DNA of 63,239 bases, the filler included, from Nemertoderma westbladi (taxonomy: Eukaryota; Animalia; Xenacoelomorpha), in the NCBI GenBank assembly GCA_032718475.1. It is 3 parts of 3 records of this genome, joined end to end, with 100 filler letters (N's around TTAATTAATTAA, not from the genome) between each part and the next. Parts side by side here need not be neighbours in the genome. Positions count along the whole stretch, not along the records: positions 25,555 to 55,898 come from JAUCBJ010002555.1; 2 more parts are not named here. One strand, written 5' to 3'. The notes below the pieces were generated by a model. That model was not told the origin of the DNA, did no database searches, and worked only from the letters and a program-made list of their open reading frames with translations. This document shows, piece by piece, positions 25,455 through 37,619 of the stretch. The stretch's first letter is position 1. Each line of letters starts with the position of its first letter. The translations under genes were made by a program, and so were the position numbers.

Positions 25455-25553
25455 NNNNNNNNNNNNNNNNNNNNNNNNNNNNNNNNNNNNNNNNNNNNTT
25501 AATTAATTAANNNNNNNNNNNNNNNNNNNNNNNNNNNNNNNNNNNNNNNNNNN
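25455..25553. other. Assembly gap with TTAATTAATTAA linker
   Basis: N runs around a six-frame stop linker. Confidence 0.97.
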
Positions 25554-26572
25554 NTAGTTTTAATCTCTGTTAAGAAATTTCAGATTATAACAGACTCAGC
25601 ATATTATATGATGTTATCGACGCAGATTCCATTTTTGCCAAATCTAAGGCTGGCTGACTGGATTGTGAGATGGTTAGAGGCGTCTGGATCAAGCTTTTGC
25701 ACGCCGGATAGAACTATTTATAGAACATAAGGGAACACACGAGAACACAGTTAGAACATAATTAGAATACACCGCAAACATAGGCTAACACATGCACGCA
25801 TTGCACACATTATTGCACGCCTGTAATATTGTTCTTCCAACGTGACTAAACAATTGTAGGATTCCTTATACAAGCAGCTACCTCATTTTGATTGATCTAG
25901 GATAAGTGACTTCACCTCTTCCGTTAGTACATCCATAGGTCTATGTTTCATTTGACGACAAAAATTATTCATTCGAGTTATTCTTCAAGGATCTTATAAT
26001 ACTTAATACAGCTCCAGATACCTTTTTATCAATTAGAGACAATATTAGGGCTGAGTACAAAATAAAGACCCAAGGCCCAATTAAATAACCTGCATAATCT
26101 TGTAAAATCTCTTAACATTCATTTATTGTTTTGGTTCCACCAACAACGCTTCTGTAACCTGCCTCTTTACTAACTTGCTCCTTTAAATGGCAATGGGACC
26201 TAAAGCGACTTTACCTCTTTGTTTTGTACACTCTAGGGTCTTTGGTCTTTGTTTTGGACTCACCATAAAATTAGTTAGAATTAAATCCCAATAGCGCTCA
26301 AGGTCTACATTTGTAGACCAAAAGTAGGTGTTATAATTATTTATGTTGTTATGTTGTTACTCGAACGGGTTTTTGAACAACACATTCGTAGCAAGAAATT
26401 GATGTATGCAAGTGCCTACATCACTGAAACTGATCATTACACAACATCATTAAATAAATTTCCATATTAAGAAAAAGAAAATGTCTTACATTATTCTTAT
26501 ACGAAGTTGAATCGAAATATCTAAAATTTGTCTCTCCGGAGAAGCGCCATGCCACTCTTGAAGCATCTCAAA

Positions 26573-27522
26573 ATGAACTCAATCTAACATGGGTGTATTT
26601 TCCTAGGAATGCCATTTAATATATTTGTTTTTGGTTTTAGGGCCATTTCATATCTCTGTATTTATAATTCAGGGAATATTCTAAGGAAATCTTGATATCG
26701 CACTTCAATTGGGATTTTGGTGGATATTATTTATTATATAATACAATAACTGCTGTAAACAACGGTATGGGAGGTATGAGGGGAGGGGGTTAACTATAAT
26801 GCTGAGCCTGATATAATCTGAAATTTACAGGTACAGAGATTATAAATGTACGTTTTTGTATGGAAAATGTGCCTGAGCTAGTAATATGCACCTTAATTAT
26901 TACTATAATGATTACCAGGTATCACGTCAAAATGATTATAAAATATGAAATATCAAAGGTTTTAAATTTTGTGAAATTTAAAACTGCATATAAAAAACTT
27001 AAAAATCTGCATATGGATCAGTTTCTCCCCAATGATGCAGCGCAGGTTTTATTATAGTATTTATTTCACAAGTTTCTGCTTAACTTATCATAAATAACGA
27101 AACTGGAGGAGGATTTCACTATACTATTATTACTTACTTTTATTATTAACTTATAAGGCGATGGGCAAATGGCAAGGCAAGCAGTACAAGCCACCTTTGC
27201 CTCACATCTCTGATTGCAATCCCAATTATCCTTCCCCCTGCGTTTTCCGTTTGACACATGTCTGTCTGCCAGTCTATTTCTGCCAATAGACATCAATAAA
27301 ATTTATTTATAAATTTAGGGCCATATTTTATATTTTGATATTATAAAGGGCCCACTGTTAATAAATTTACTATAAATAACTGTAGATTATGAACTCAATC
27401 TAACATGGGTGTATTTTCCTAGGAAGGCCATTTAATATATTTGTTTTAGGTTTTAGGGCCATTTCATATCTCTGTATTTCTAATTCAGGGCATATTCTAA
27501 GGAAATCTTGATATCGCACTTC
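26573..27522. repeat. ~134-bp direct repeat pair (26573-26706, 27389-27522)
   Basis: ATGAACTCAATCTAACATGGGTG...CTTGATATCGCACTTC occurs twice with few differences. Confidence 0.85.
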
Positions 27523-28244
27523 CTATATGCCCTATCACGGGCTTTCCTCCCCCTTATTGGCTAATAACCTACTTGTCACCCTTTCACTCTCTGTTAGTGT
27601 TTCCCCTCTGCTGCTAGCCTCTGCTAGCTGTGTCCCATCCGAGGTGGTTTGACCTATTGCTGAAAATGCCACCATCCCATTTTATGAGGGAGTAGTATGA
27701 TAAACAACTTAAATAAAACAGCGTCTGCCATAGTCTACCATGTTAAAGAATTTGCCTAACGGCTCTTGCCCCGCCTACTTACTATGATTACCATTGTGTC
27801 ACCCCGCCCACTTACTATGGTTACCATTGTGCATATGTAACATATGTCACCACTGTGTATATGTGACATATGTGGTATAAGGCCAGTCCGCAGACGGAAG
27901 TAATTTAATTAATTTGTGTCTACCGGTTGGCATTTGACCTTGAACCGCAATAGGTAAAACCCAATATAGTAAGTGGGTTGCAGACGTTTGTTATAAAGTC
28001 TTTAACATGATTTCGTGATTTGATGAAAAAATGGGGCGAGCCATGAAGCGAGTGAAGCCTTAGCATGTGGGTTAAGGTTATAGTATTTATAATATTATTT
28101 TAATTTGATTATTCTACCTATGGGGCGCGCCATGAAGTGAGTGATAGCATCGAAGTAAGGTTATTGTATTTATAATATTATTATTTTAATTTGATCATTT
28201 ACTTAAATCCGTCACCGCTTTATTTAAAAACTTCTCCCACCACC

Positions 28245-28673
28245 TTACCCGCTTATCCCGCTATCACCATCCACCCAATCTTCTTCCTGATCCTCAGCAT
28301 CATTACCACCACCACCATCACCCAACATCACCATCATTCCTTCCAACATATTGATTCTCTCCTCCATCGCTTTCTCCCGCGCTCATCTCTCCGCCTCCTG
28401 CGCTCTCCTATCCCCCTCCGCTTCCATTTATAATGTCCAATCTTCTCCCCACGCGCTGTTCTTCCTCGCCTCTTCCTCCAAATAATGTTTTTTTTCTATC
28501 TCCTCCCACTCATTCCTTGGATTTAACAATCTTTCTAGCATCGCTTCTTCTCTCTCTCTCACATACATCGCTACTAATATCTCTTCGTTCTCCTTCGCTA
28601 CATCCTCATCTTCCTCCTCTTCCTCCACATCCATATCCACTTCATCCACCGCAAGCTCATTTTCTCCCAACAT
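28245..28673 (-). pseudogene. Acidic/charged hypothetical viral protein (~140 aa, two internal stops)
   Basis: ORF 28428-28679 continues in frame past TAA and TGA to ...EEDWVDGDSGISG*. Confidence 0.5.
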
Positions 28674-28903
28674 ATTCACGTATAATAAATAAATGTGTAT
28701 ATAATAATAATAATAATAATGTATAATACTATAAATAAATAAATTTATATAATATTTATTTCAATCGATAATTCATTATACCAACAAATAATTTACCACC
28801 ACAAAATAATAATAATAATAATTTAACCGTGTCCGGCTCGTTGCAGCGACACTGCCTATGAACATGGTCTATTTATATAATAAAGTTTCTACCGCGCGAA
28901 GAT

Positions 28904-30196
28904 TCACACTGAATGTTTATTCTTCTTTATTTGAGGTTGCCCATTAGTCTCGATTTCATTGAAAATGTCTTCACCATCATCCGTATCATTGACGATGTCC
29001 TCTTCAAAGTCGCCAATATCTTCATACGCATAGCTAGGTGTTTTATTCACGATGAGATCAATTTTTCGCTTAAGCGCTTGTTCTTTCCTGGCTTTAGGCG
29101 TTTTCATCTTCATCTGAGCGCTCACACCCCCAACGAGGGTATCAATATCCTTATAATCATTCTTTTTTTCAGCGCCGTCTACCCGTTCATTTTCTGCAAT
29201 CGCGGGCAATCAGATTTTTTTCTCATCCATTTTCTTAGCAGTGACTTTTACTGCTTCATACGTCTTCAGCTGACTAGCGTTGTTCGGCATTTCCACTTTC
29301 ATTAGTTCCTCGTCCACTAATTCATTAATCGCAGCCTCAACAACTAACTTTTTAATCGGTAGAAACTCACACCCAGACAGAATATCGTGGCCCGCGTACT
29401 TCTGTAATTGCTTAATTACCTTGACATTTGTGTTGTTTCGAGGGATGAAAATAACCTTGGTGTCGAAGTTGTGGGACAAATATATCCCGTTTTCGTTAAC
29501 AGTTGATGTGTACCTCATACTAACCTCATCAATATTCTCATTAACATTCTTATCTATGTTAAAGTCGAGCAAACAGAATTCATCCGCTCAGAGATTCAAC
29601 CCATCGTAATATAGAACACCCTTCCATTGTCTACCTATATCATGCGCTTCCCAAACGCCGACAAATCGTTGCCCTTCAAAGTCGTAGATATATCCAATGT
29701 ACCCACAATCTTCGAACTCCATAAAATTATCACCGTGAATTTCCTTTTTCTCCGGTTCAATACGGGAAAGAACGACTTTGCCGTAGATGCTTTGTAAGAC
29801 ATCTAGAATTTTTCGCGAGATAAAAATTGATGCGCCGTTTTTCCCAATGCGTAAGTACGCATGATTTATTGGCGTTATAAGCAAATTGCCTCTGGTGTAT
29901 TCCTTGTAATATTCAATGGCTATTTTCTTATAATTGAGGAAGTCAAATAGGAATCTTATGTTCTGGTAAGTAAGACTTACTGATTCTTGCACGACGTTGT
30001 GTCCTTTGGTATCACCCCAACGGTTGAATCGAACGTATTTCCCGTTAAATGCTTTTATTTCTATTCCTTCCCCCAAACACTGGAGGCCCCACACACTCTT
30101 ACCTGTAATCACCGATACATATGGGGCGGGCGCACTATCAGTAGAGCTACCGCTTAATGACATCATTTTTGGTTGTGATGGTTTCACAGATTCCAT
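28904..30196 (-). pseudogene. Protein with tandem PC4-like (ssDNA-binding/coactivator) domains, two in-frame TGA stops
   Basis: ORFs 29588-30202, 29210-29572 and 28904-29209 share one frame. Segments IKAFNGKYVRFNRW...SVSLTYQNIRFL and YDFEGQRFVGVWE...GLNL*ADEFCLL resemble the PC4 pattern. Confidence 0.5.
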
Positions 30197-30782
30197 CAAC
30201 AAATTTTGCGAAATATTAATAATTAAGTGTAAAAATACAATAATATCATGCTATACAATGTGCGAAAAATATTAATAATGAATTATAACCCGAATGACGA
30301 AATAAATTATTATACGACGTATTTATAATATAATGATGGGCTATCGGGAAAACGGGTATATTTTAACTACTCAACCGGATTAATCGCTATTGTCCTGAGA
30401 GAATTTTTTTTGAAAACTTCCTAAATTTCAAAGGAAATATTTATTTACGCTTAAATTGGTTGACGTAAGTGGTAACAGCTTGCGGTGGCGATTAATGCGA
30501 CCTACATAAATTTATATAGACACACCCCCGAATTTCCACAGAATATTACTCACGGTTAAATTGATTGACATCAACTGTATTAACAGTGTAGCTTCTTAGA
30601 AGTTTCATAATTTTAAGCATGAGCGAATTTAATTTAATGTCGGCATCGTAAACTTTCTCTCCCGATGGATATTTTTCTGTAATCATTTACTAAAAACAAA
30701 CGATTGCGGCGCGCGAACGACGTTTTAAAGACACACCCATTATAAATATACCCATTGGTGAAAATATTATTGATTAAGCGAC

Positions 30783-31330
30783 ATGACAATACTGGGGCAG
30801 CTTGAGTCTATAGATAAGATCATTTTTTCAAATATATTATTCATTGTTACCTTTCTTTTTGGAATTTTTTTAGGTAAAATACGCCGTAATAAAAAAATGT
30901 TTCCAATAATACAAGCTGAAAATAGTTACCGCGGTCCTAATTCAATTATTCCAATTAAAATTGAATTGTTAAGCCCGGCAGCTCGGGCGCCTGTATGCGG
31001 CTCATATTGTCATATAGTCCTGCTGGGATTGATATATATAGCGCCGTGAATAGATCAATAGAGCCACACTCACGAATGTTAATTGAGACGAGTGTTAAAA
31101 TATATTTACCCACCAATTATTTTGGAAGAATTACACCGACTTTTAGGTTGACAAAAATTGGCATTGATGTTGCAGAATGTGCGGTTGATTCCAGTGTCGC
31201 GCGCAGTAACATAGATCAACTTGTAATTATATTGATTAACAACACATCTAAGGAATACGTTGTAACATCGGGCAAATAAAATATGCCAGCTTATATGCCA
31301 ACAATGTAATGCGGCAATACTCTACGTTTC
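30783..31330 (+). pseudogene. dUTPase-like gene with N-terminal hydrophobic helix, frameshifted
   Basis: LSPAARAP..GS, AGIDIYSA, IETSVKIYLPTNYFGRI, IILIN, ICQLI spread over shifted frames. Confidence 0.75.
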
Positions 31331-31715
31331 TAATATTTATTCGGATGATTATTTTTGGCTTTTACCGACGAATTTAACGCCGTATGGGGAAGAGATTAAT
31401 TCAGCATTTCACCGCACATATTAAATATGTGACATTAAACGCATAACACCAAACTCGGGTGGTGACACATGTCAATACTATTTCAATACTCTTACACGCG
31501 ATTATACAACATAGTTAATAGAGCATATAAATAGGATAATTGTCAGTTCAGTAAATTTTGGTTGATTAAACGGTTTCTAGCGCAGGTGGCTGACTGGGTA
31601 TTGGATATATTTATCTACATAAAATCTGCCGCATCTCTATCATCGGCATATTGTAAATATGTTTTCTGTACCTACGTTAATAAATATATTATAATCGTAA
31701 TAATAATAATTATAA

Positions 31716-34700
31716 TGATGGAGATTAATTGCGTTTTTTGCGGTTGTACTATACTTAAGAAAAATTATTTACGGCATTTACGCACACATTTCGATGGGTA
31801 TGTTTGCGATTGTAATTGCCGAACTACTTCTGAAAGAATAGCAATATTTCACAGTAATAGATGTTGTGGGTTGTCTCGCCCGAATTACACCTACCGCAGT
31901 TACGCGCTATCCTGCCCAACATGCTCTGATGATTTTGAAAACTTTGAATCATATATCGAACATAGTTGCAATCAAAACCATTACAATTCCCGCAAACGCA
32001 AACATAACTAAAAACAATCAGAACCGACATTTCAATCAGATCTCAACGATGGTTCGCCTGTAAGCATTACAAACAGCTCAGATACACCCAACGAAGGTTT
32101 TCATCTCTCAAAAACATGTCACGAATCATGCGTTCAGGAATATACTCATAATGTACCATCTAATGAGATGTATCCGGATGTGCCGAATTATTTAAATTAT
32201 ATGAGGATATATTCTTCGCGCGCTTTTAACACGGCTGCATCGGCTTTTATTGATATGTTTTATAAAGTGTGGGTGATTGCTTCGGTGATAATGGGAACGT
32301 GATGATGCTAATTATACTTTACAAGAAGAATTCCATTTTACTTCGATCGGTACAGATAATTATATTGAAAATAGCTCGGAATTTGACGAATGGTACTACA
32401 CAGTCATTTCCCATATCGGTGAAAAAATATCGCAATTTATTAGGCGGGGTAGCGGTTGGAAACTTGTAACTCTATCGTGCATCAAACTTACTATTGCGTC
32501 ATACTTGTGATCGGTATATTGTTTTGGACATAGTGGTGATGCCAACCAATCAATCCCGACAAAATTAAAAAATAAACATTGTATAATAAATGTACCGTGT
32601 AATGAAGGTGAATGTTTTAAGTGGGCGGTCCTGACAGCAAAATTTTCAAAACATATATCGGATGATCACACACTGCGCCATGTTTCACGCCAAAGTTCTT
32701 ATAATCAGTATTTAGGGTTTTTTAATTTAAGCGAATTAGATTCTACCCTATCATGGAAACTAAATATTCTAAATTTTGAAAAAAATAATCCAAATTATTT
32801 AATACATTTATTGTATTTCGATAGAAGTAGCGAAAAAATTTCCTTTCTACGACAACCGAGCGCTAAAAAAGCTGAAGGTAAAAGATTGCTAAATTTATTG
32901 CTTATTGAACGTCAAAATTTAACCTCAACAAATCACATCGTCGGGGTTTCCAACTTAAATAGATTATTTAATGGTCGCGGGGAAGGCAATAGCAACACTC
33001 ATTGTCATCGTTGTGAGCGGTGTATTCGTGGCTTCTACAGTCCTAATGCGTTAGAACGCCATAGATTGTGGTGTTGGCAAGGTGGACGTCAAATAGAGGA
33101 GATGCCATCTAAACTGAATTTACGCTTTACTAATTACTATAAGTCTGTGAGTACACCTTTTATAGTATATATGGATTTCGAAGTGGTACTAGCCCCAACA
33201 AATAATGTAAAAAAATATTATATAGCCGAAAATCTCCCGTCGGCTGTTTCATATTTGATTGTCAACAATAGCGAATTAATTAACCCACCAAATTATTTTT
33301 TGTCTACATTTAGACAAAATATCGATAACAGAATTTTATCAATAGTCTGGTTTTTGATTTATTTAAGTGTTATGAATGGTCTACCTTTTAACACTATTCC
33401 ACCTGGGCTCTTTTGTCCGAGATTCCACCTGGGGTTGGGCATAATATGCCCAACAGTTTATTATACACTAAAAAGTAATGATAATTTTATCAAAATTTTC
33501 CAAATTTTCGCAGGTTTATAGAAAAATATATAATGCATCTGTTCTGAGTTTTATATATTCATAATTTAAAATAATATATCCATATAAATTAATTATCATG
33601 AAGATAACCCATTATAGTAAAAAGATGAGATAATACTATACATATTCCTCCCAACACCGCTGTCTGCCTAACTCTGCCAGACATCCCAAGTGAAAATTTT
33701 GCTTGCAGGGGTGCTGTTATTGAATAGATTTATTCACCTCTGTTTATGTCTGCTGTATTACATTAGGAATATACTGGGTTCAATGGTGGTTGTTGTTTTA
33801 TCCTAGTAGACTTATTGCTTATCTGTCAGTTTAGTATTTTGTTATTAAAAAATAATGTGATTGATGTGTACTAATCCAAGCAGTAGACAATCTCGTGTTT
33901 GAATTTAACTTTACAACCCAGCCAAGTGAATGTCCTGGACCGTAATTGGTTGTATTCTAGCCTGTTGACCAGGGGAACTATCCAACCAGGGATTATCTTT
34001 TCTACCAGTTAGGCTAATAAAGATATTATAATAAAAAAATGTGACTATGATATGAAAAACACACCATAGCTCAAAAAGTATAAATGATGAAAAAAATATT
34101 TTGTAACCATCAGAAAGCCAATTAAATTCTAGGAAAAGTCAATGAATTTCATAATAATACATAAAAATCATCATCATGAATTTCTAAAAATAAAAAGTGT
34201 TGGGCAGATTCGGTTAACACACACCACCCCAAACACCTGGATCACACACAATACCAAGCTTATATGCGTACCGCAAATTGCTTTAAGTAAATCATTTTTT
34301 CGGGAAGATATAAATCCAAGTGTAATGCATCACAACCATTACAATGGGGCTTTCATTGGTGCGGCATGTATTTCCTGTAATAAACAATTAAGTGTTACAC
34401 GTCACCTATTCCCAGTTGTCTGTCATAATTTTTTTTTTTATGATTCACATTTAATTTTACAAAAAGGGTTTGCCGGTAGTAAATATAAAAACTGGAACAT
34501 TGAAACCATTGCAAAAAATACTGAAAGATATATCTCACTTCGCATAGATATTCCAATGTCAGAAGCACTTAGCGTGCTTGGTTATGCTATTCCAGAAAAG
34601 GACGTAAAAGGGCTCCCAACCAGCAAATCAATAACTATACAGTTTATTGATTCATTCGCGTTTATGGGATTTTCCCTTTCTGCTTTGGCTGGGTTTTTGA

Positions 34701-36594
34701 CAAAAGATGTGTCAGATTTAACAACCGTTATTCCGCACACTGTGAAGCAAATGAGAAAATTATATCCAAATGTTACCAACGGAATTTTACGTCGTAAGTC
34801 AGTTTTTCCTTACGAATATGTCGATTCCTTAAGTAAATTGAGGGATACTAAATTACCGCATCCAAAAGAGTTTTACAGCGAATTAACATTATCATCTATT
34901 AGCCCTGAAGAATATACATTTGCTCATCTTTCGTGGGAACAATTTGAATGTGAGACATTTTTTGATTATTTGGAAGCTTACTTACATCTTGACGTGTTGC
35001 TGCTAGCTGATATTTTTGAAAATTTTCGCGCTTATTGTACTAAACATTATTCGCTTGAGGTCTCGAACTATTACACGATGGCAGGGGTTAGTTGGGACGC
35101 GGCTTTGAGATTTTCCAAGTCACATATTCGTCTACTTGCAGACCATGAAATGTATTTAACATTCGAAAATTCCATTAGCGGCGGAGTTTCTTACACCAAC
35201 CTTCATATGGCAAATGCGAATATACCAGGCACAGAAACATACGACCCTAATAAACCTGAAGCTCATTTATATAATTTAGATTTCAACAGTTTATATAGCG
35301 GTTCATTGTTGGAGAAACTTCCTTATTCTGACTTTGAATGGTTGGATGTTGATAGTGTCGATATCATGAGTCTGGAAATTGACGATATATACGGATATTT
35401 TGCTGTTGTAGACCTTGAATACCCAACGACTATTCATGATGCCACAGCCGAGCTTCCATTTGCACTGGAGCATGTTAAACTCGATAGTAGGTATCTCAGT
35501 CCACACATGAAAAGTCCTTGGCGACATTATAATGGTGATAAAATTTTCAATAGTTCAACGAAAAAATTGATGTTAACCCAATTTGATAAGTATGAGTACG
35601 GTGTGCATCTAAAATTATTGCGCTTTTATATTCATCATGGCATGCGCTTGATTAAAGTTCATAAACTTATTAGATTTAAGCAAGGTTACATTTTTAAGGA
35701 TTTTATTGAATATAACACCCAGCAAAGAAAAATAGCAAGCAATGACTTTTATGATAAGTTTCACAAAGGAACAAATAACGCGCTTTTCGGGAAAAGCATG
35801 GAGAATATATGGGACCGTGTCTCATTTCGCTTATGTAATTCAATCAAGAAATGTGACTTATTATTATCCAAGCCGAATCACGAAAATTTAATTATGTTCA
35901 CTGATTCATTATCAGGTCACGTCCTATCTAAAACTGCTGTTTGTTTGCATAAACCTATTTTTTTAGGCCAAGCTGTATTGGACCTGTCGAAGTTAGATTA
36001 TTACAGTTTCTTCTACGAGAAATTAATGCCCCTGGAAGCCGAATTAAATTGTAGTATAAATTTGTTAGGCGGGGACACGGATTCTTTTTTTTACAGTGTG
36101 TTGGTTTATCCCAACACCAATTTTTATCTGCGTTACAATCAAAAAAAGTTTTAGACTGTTCAAATTATCCTATTACACATCCGCTGTATACAGTAGAACA
36201 GAAAGGGAAATATAGATATTTAAAGGATGAAGGGAAGTCTATCCCGTTTGACCAGGGTATTTTACTTAGACCAAAATGTTATAGCTTTCGTGGGGGGTCA
36301 GTTCCAAAACGTGTCGCTAAAGGCGTATGAAAAATGGGTATAAAAAAGAAACTCTCCCACGAATCATATTTAAAAGTATATAACGACGTTAGCGAGCATT
36401 ACGAATACAGTCAAAGGTTTCAATCTAATTTACATAAAATCTACACCGTTTCACAAAGAAAAAAATCGCTAACACTGTGGGAAGATAAAAGATACTACAC
36501 ATCGACTAATGAAAGTTTTTACAGCCATTATAAAACACATTTGGATCGTAAAGCGCCTTCCCCTAAGCTTTATATACCGCCCATTATAGAATAG
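31716..36594 (+). pseudogene. Protein-primed family B DNA polymerase with N-terminal C2H2-like zinc fingers; disrupted
   Basis: C2H2-like fingers, GSGW, CIINV...CFKWAVL, ExoI YMDFE, HNH-like HHNHYNG..IGAAC..CN, HNFFFYDSH, FIDS, KSVFPYEY, DVLLLADIFE, DFNSLY, K..NNALFGK, DTDS, KDE, RPKCYS, DKRY. Several frameshifts and a ~0.9-kb interruption. Confidence 0.92.
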
Positions 36595-36603
36595 CGGATT
36601 GCG

Positions 36604-37164
36604 ATGTCTTTTAGTGTTGTCAACAGTAATATAAGTTTGAGGTTGGTTGATGGGTGCATATCATTCGATGTGCTGGCTAAACGAATTCGAAATGGAAAAC
36701 TCATCTTAAAGCCTTTTCAATATACCGCCAAAATTTGCGGATGGACGTGTCTATTTTTCCCGAGCGGTAAGGTCACTGTACTCAGTAAATCGCTTAAAAT
36801 AAAAAAAATTATTAAGTATATATATAAGCATACTGATTATAAACTAACTTTTATTTCAATCAATAGCCAAACTTATATTATTAACAATCTAGACATAGAC
36901 TATAGGAAATTAATGAAAACGGTCGGGTTTCATTTTTTAGATAATTATTATAATGTGGAGGTGAAATATGAGCCGGAGATATTTAATAATATTCTTGTGC
37001 AGTTTTATCGTCGGGGTAAAACTAGTTCTAATATCATAACATTTTGCGTTTTTTACACACAAAATGTTGTGTGTATGGCAAGACCCGGGATATTTCGAGT
37101 ATTTTTTCCAAAGTTTTTGAATTTTATTGGTAATTTAGATAGTCATTTAGGTAGAAATATTTAA
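36604..37164 (+). CDS. TATA-box-binding protein (TBP)-like viral protein (186 aa)
   Basis: Two-repeat TBP pattern: VVNSN, TCLFFPSGKVTV, SINSQT, YEPEIFN, FCVFYTQNVVC. Intact ORF starting 9 nt after the polB stop. Confidence 0.72.
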   Translation: MSFSVVNSNISLRLVDGCISFDVLAKRIRNGKLILKPFQYTAKICGWTCLFFPSGKVTVLSKSLKIKKIIKYIYKHTDYKLTFISINSQTYIINNLDIDYRKLMKTVGFHFLDNYYNVEVKYEPEIFNNILVQFYRRGKTSSNIITFCVFYTQNVVCMARPGIFRVFFPKFLNFIGNLDSHLGRNI

Positions 37165-37619
37165 TTTTTTCATTTCTGGTGCCAGTTTTAGGTTTGTCCG
37201 GCGGGATCTCGTTAGGTTTTTAAATAAACGTGGATATTACCATTATTCACATTATATATAACGTGTTTTATCGGTAGTCTTAGGTTGTCAAGGGCATCAA
37301 TTTCATTTCTGATGTCGGTTTACATTTACATAAATCTAGTCTATCTGTCTATTTGTCGGTCTTTCTGTCAGTCAGTATGTCAAACTTAATTCATTTTTCG
37401 CATTATATAATGGGTCAAACTTAATTCATTGTTCGCGTTATATAATGTATTTTATTAATTATCGATGTTAGGTTTTAAAGAGTGCTGGTTTCTATAATTG
37501 CTCGGTTTTATCGCGTGAAAAACCCCACCTGCGCATGTACTCGATACTATTTATAACGGTGGCGGTGTTTTATTACTTACTATTATTGTTCTCGTTTATA
37601 TAAGTTATTAATATATGTA

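Noticed and set aside
25499-25510. TTAATTAATTAA as a biological motif (also at ~55943)
   Set aside because: Artificial scaffolding linker inside N runs; adjacency across the gaps is unverified.
18600-28000. Short 60-100 aa ORFs in AT-rich intergenic DNA
   Set aside because: Mostly non-ATG starts, no recognisable motifs, and they overlap repeats.
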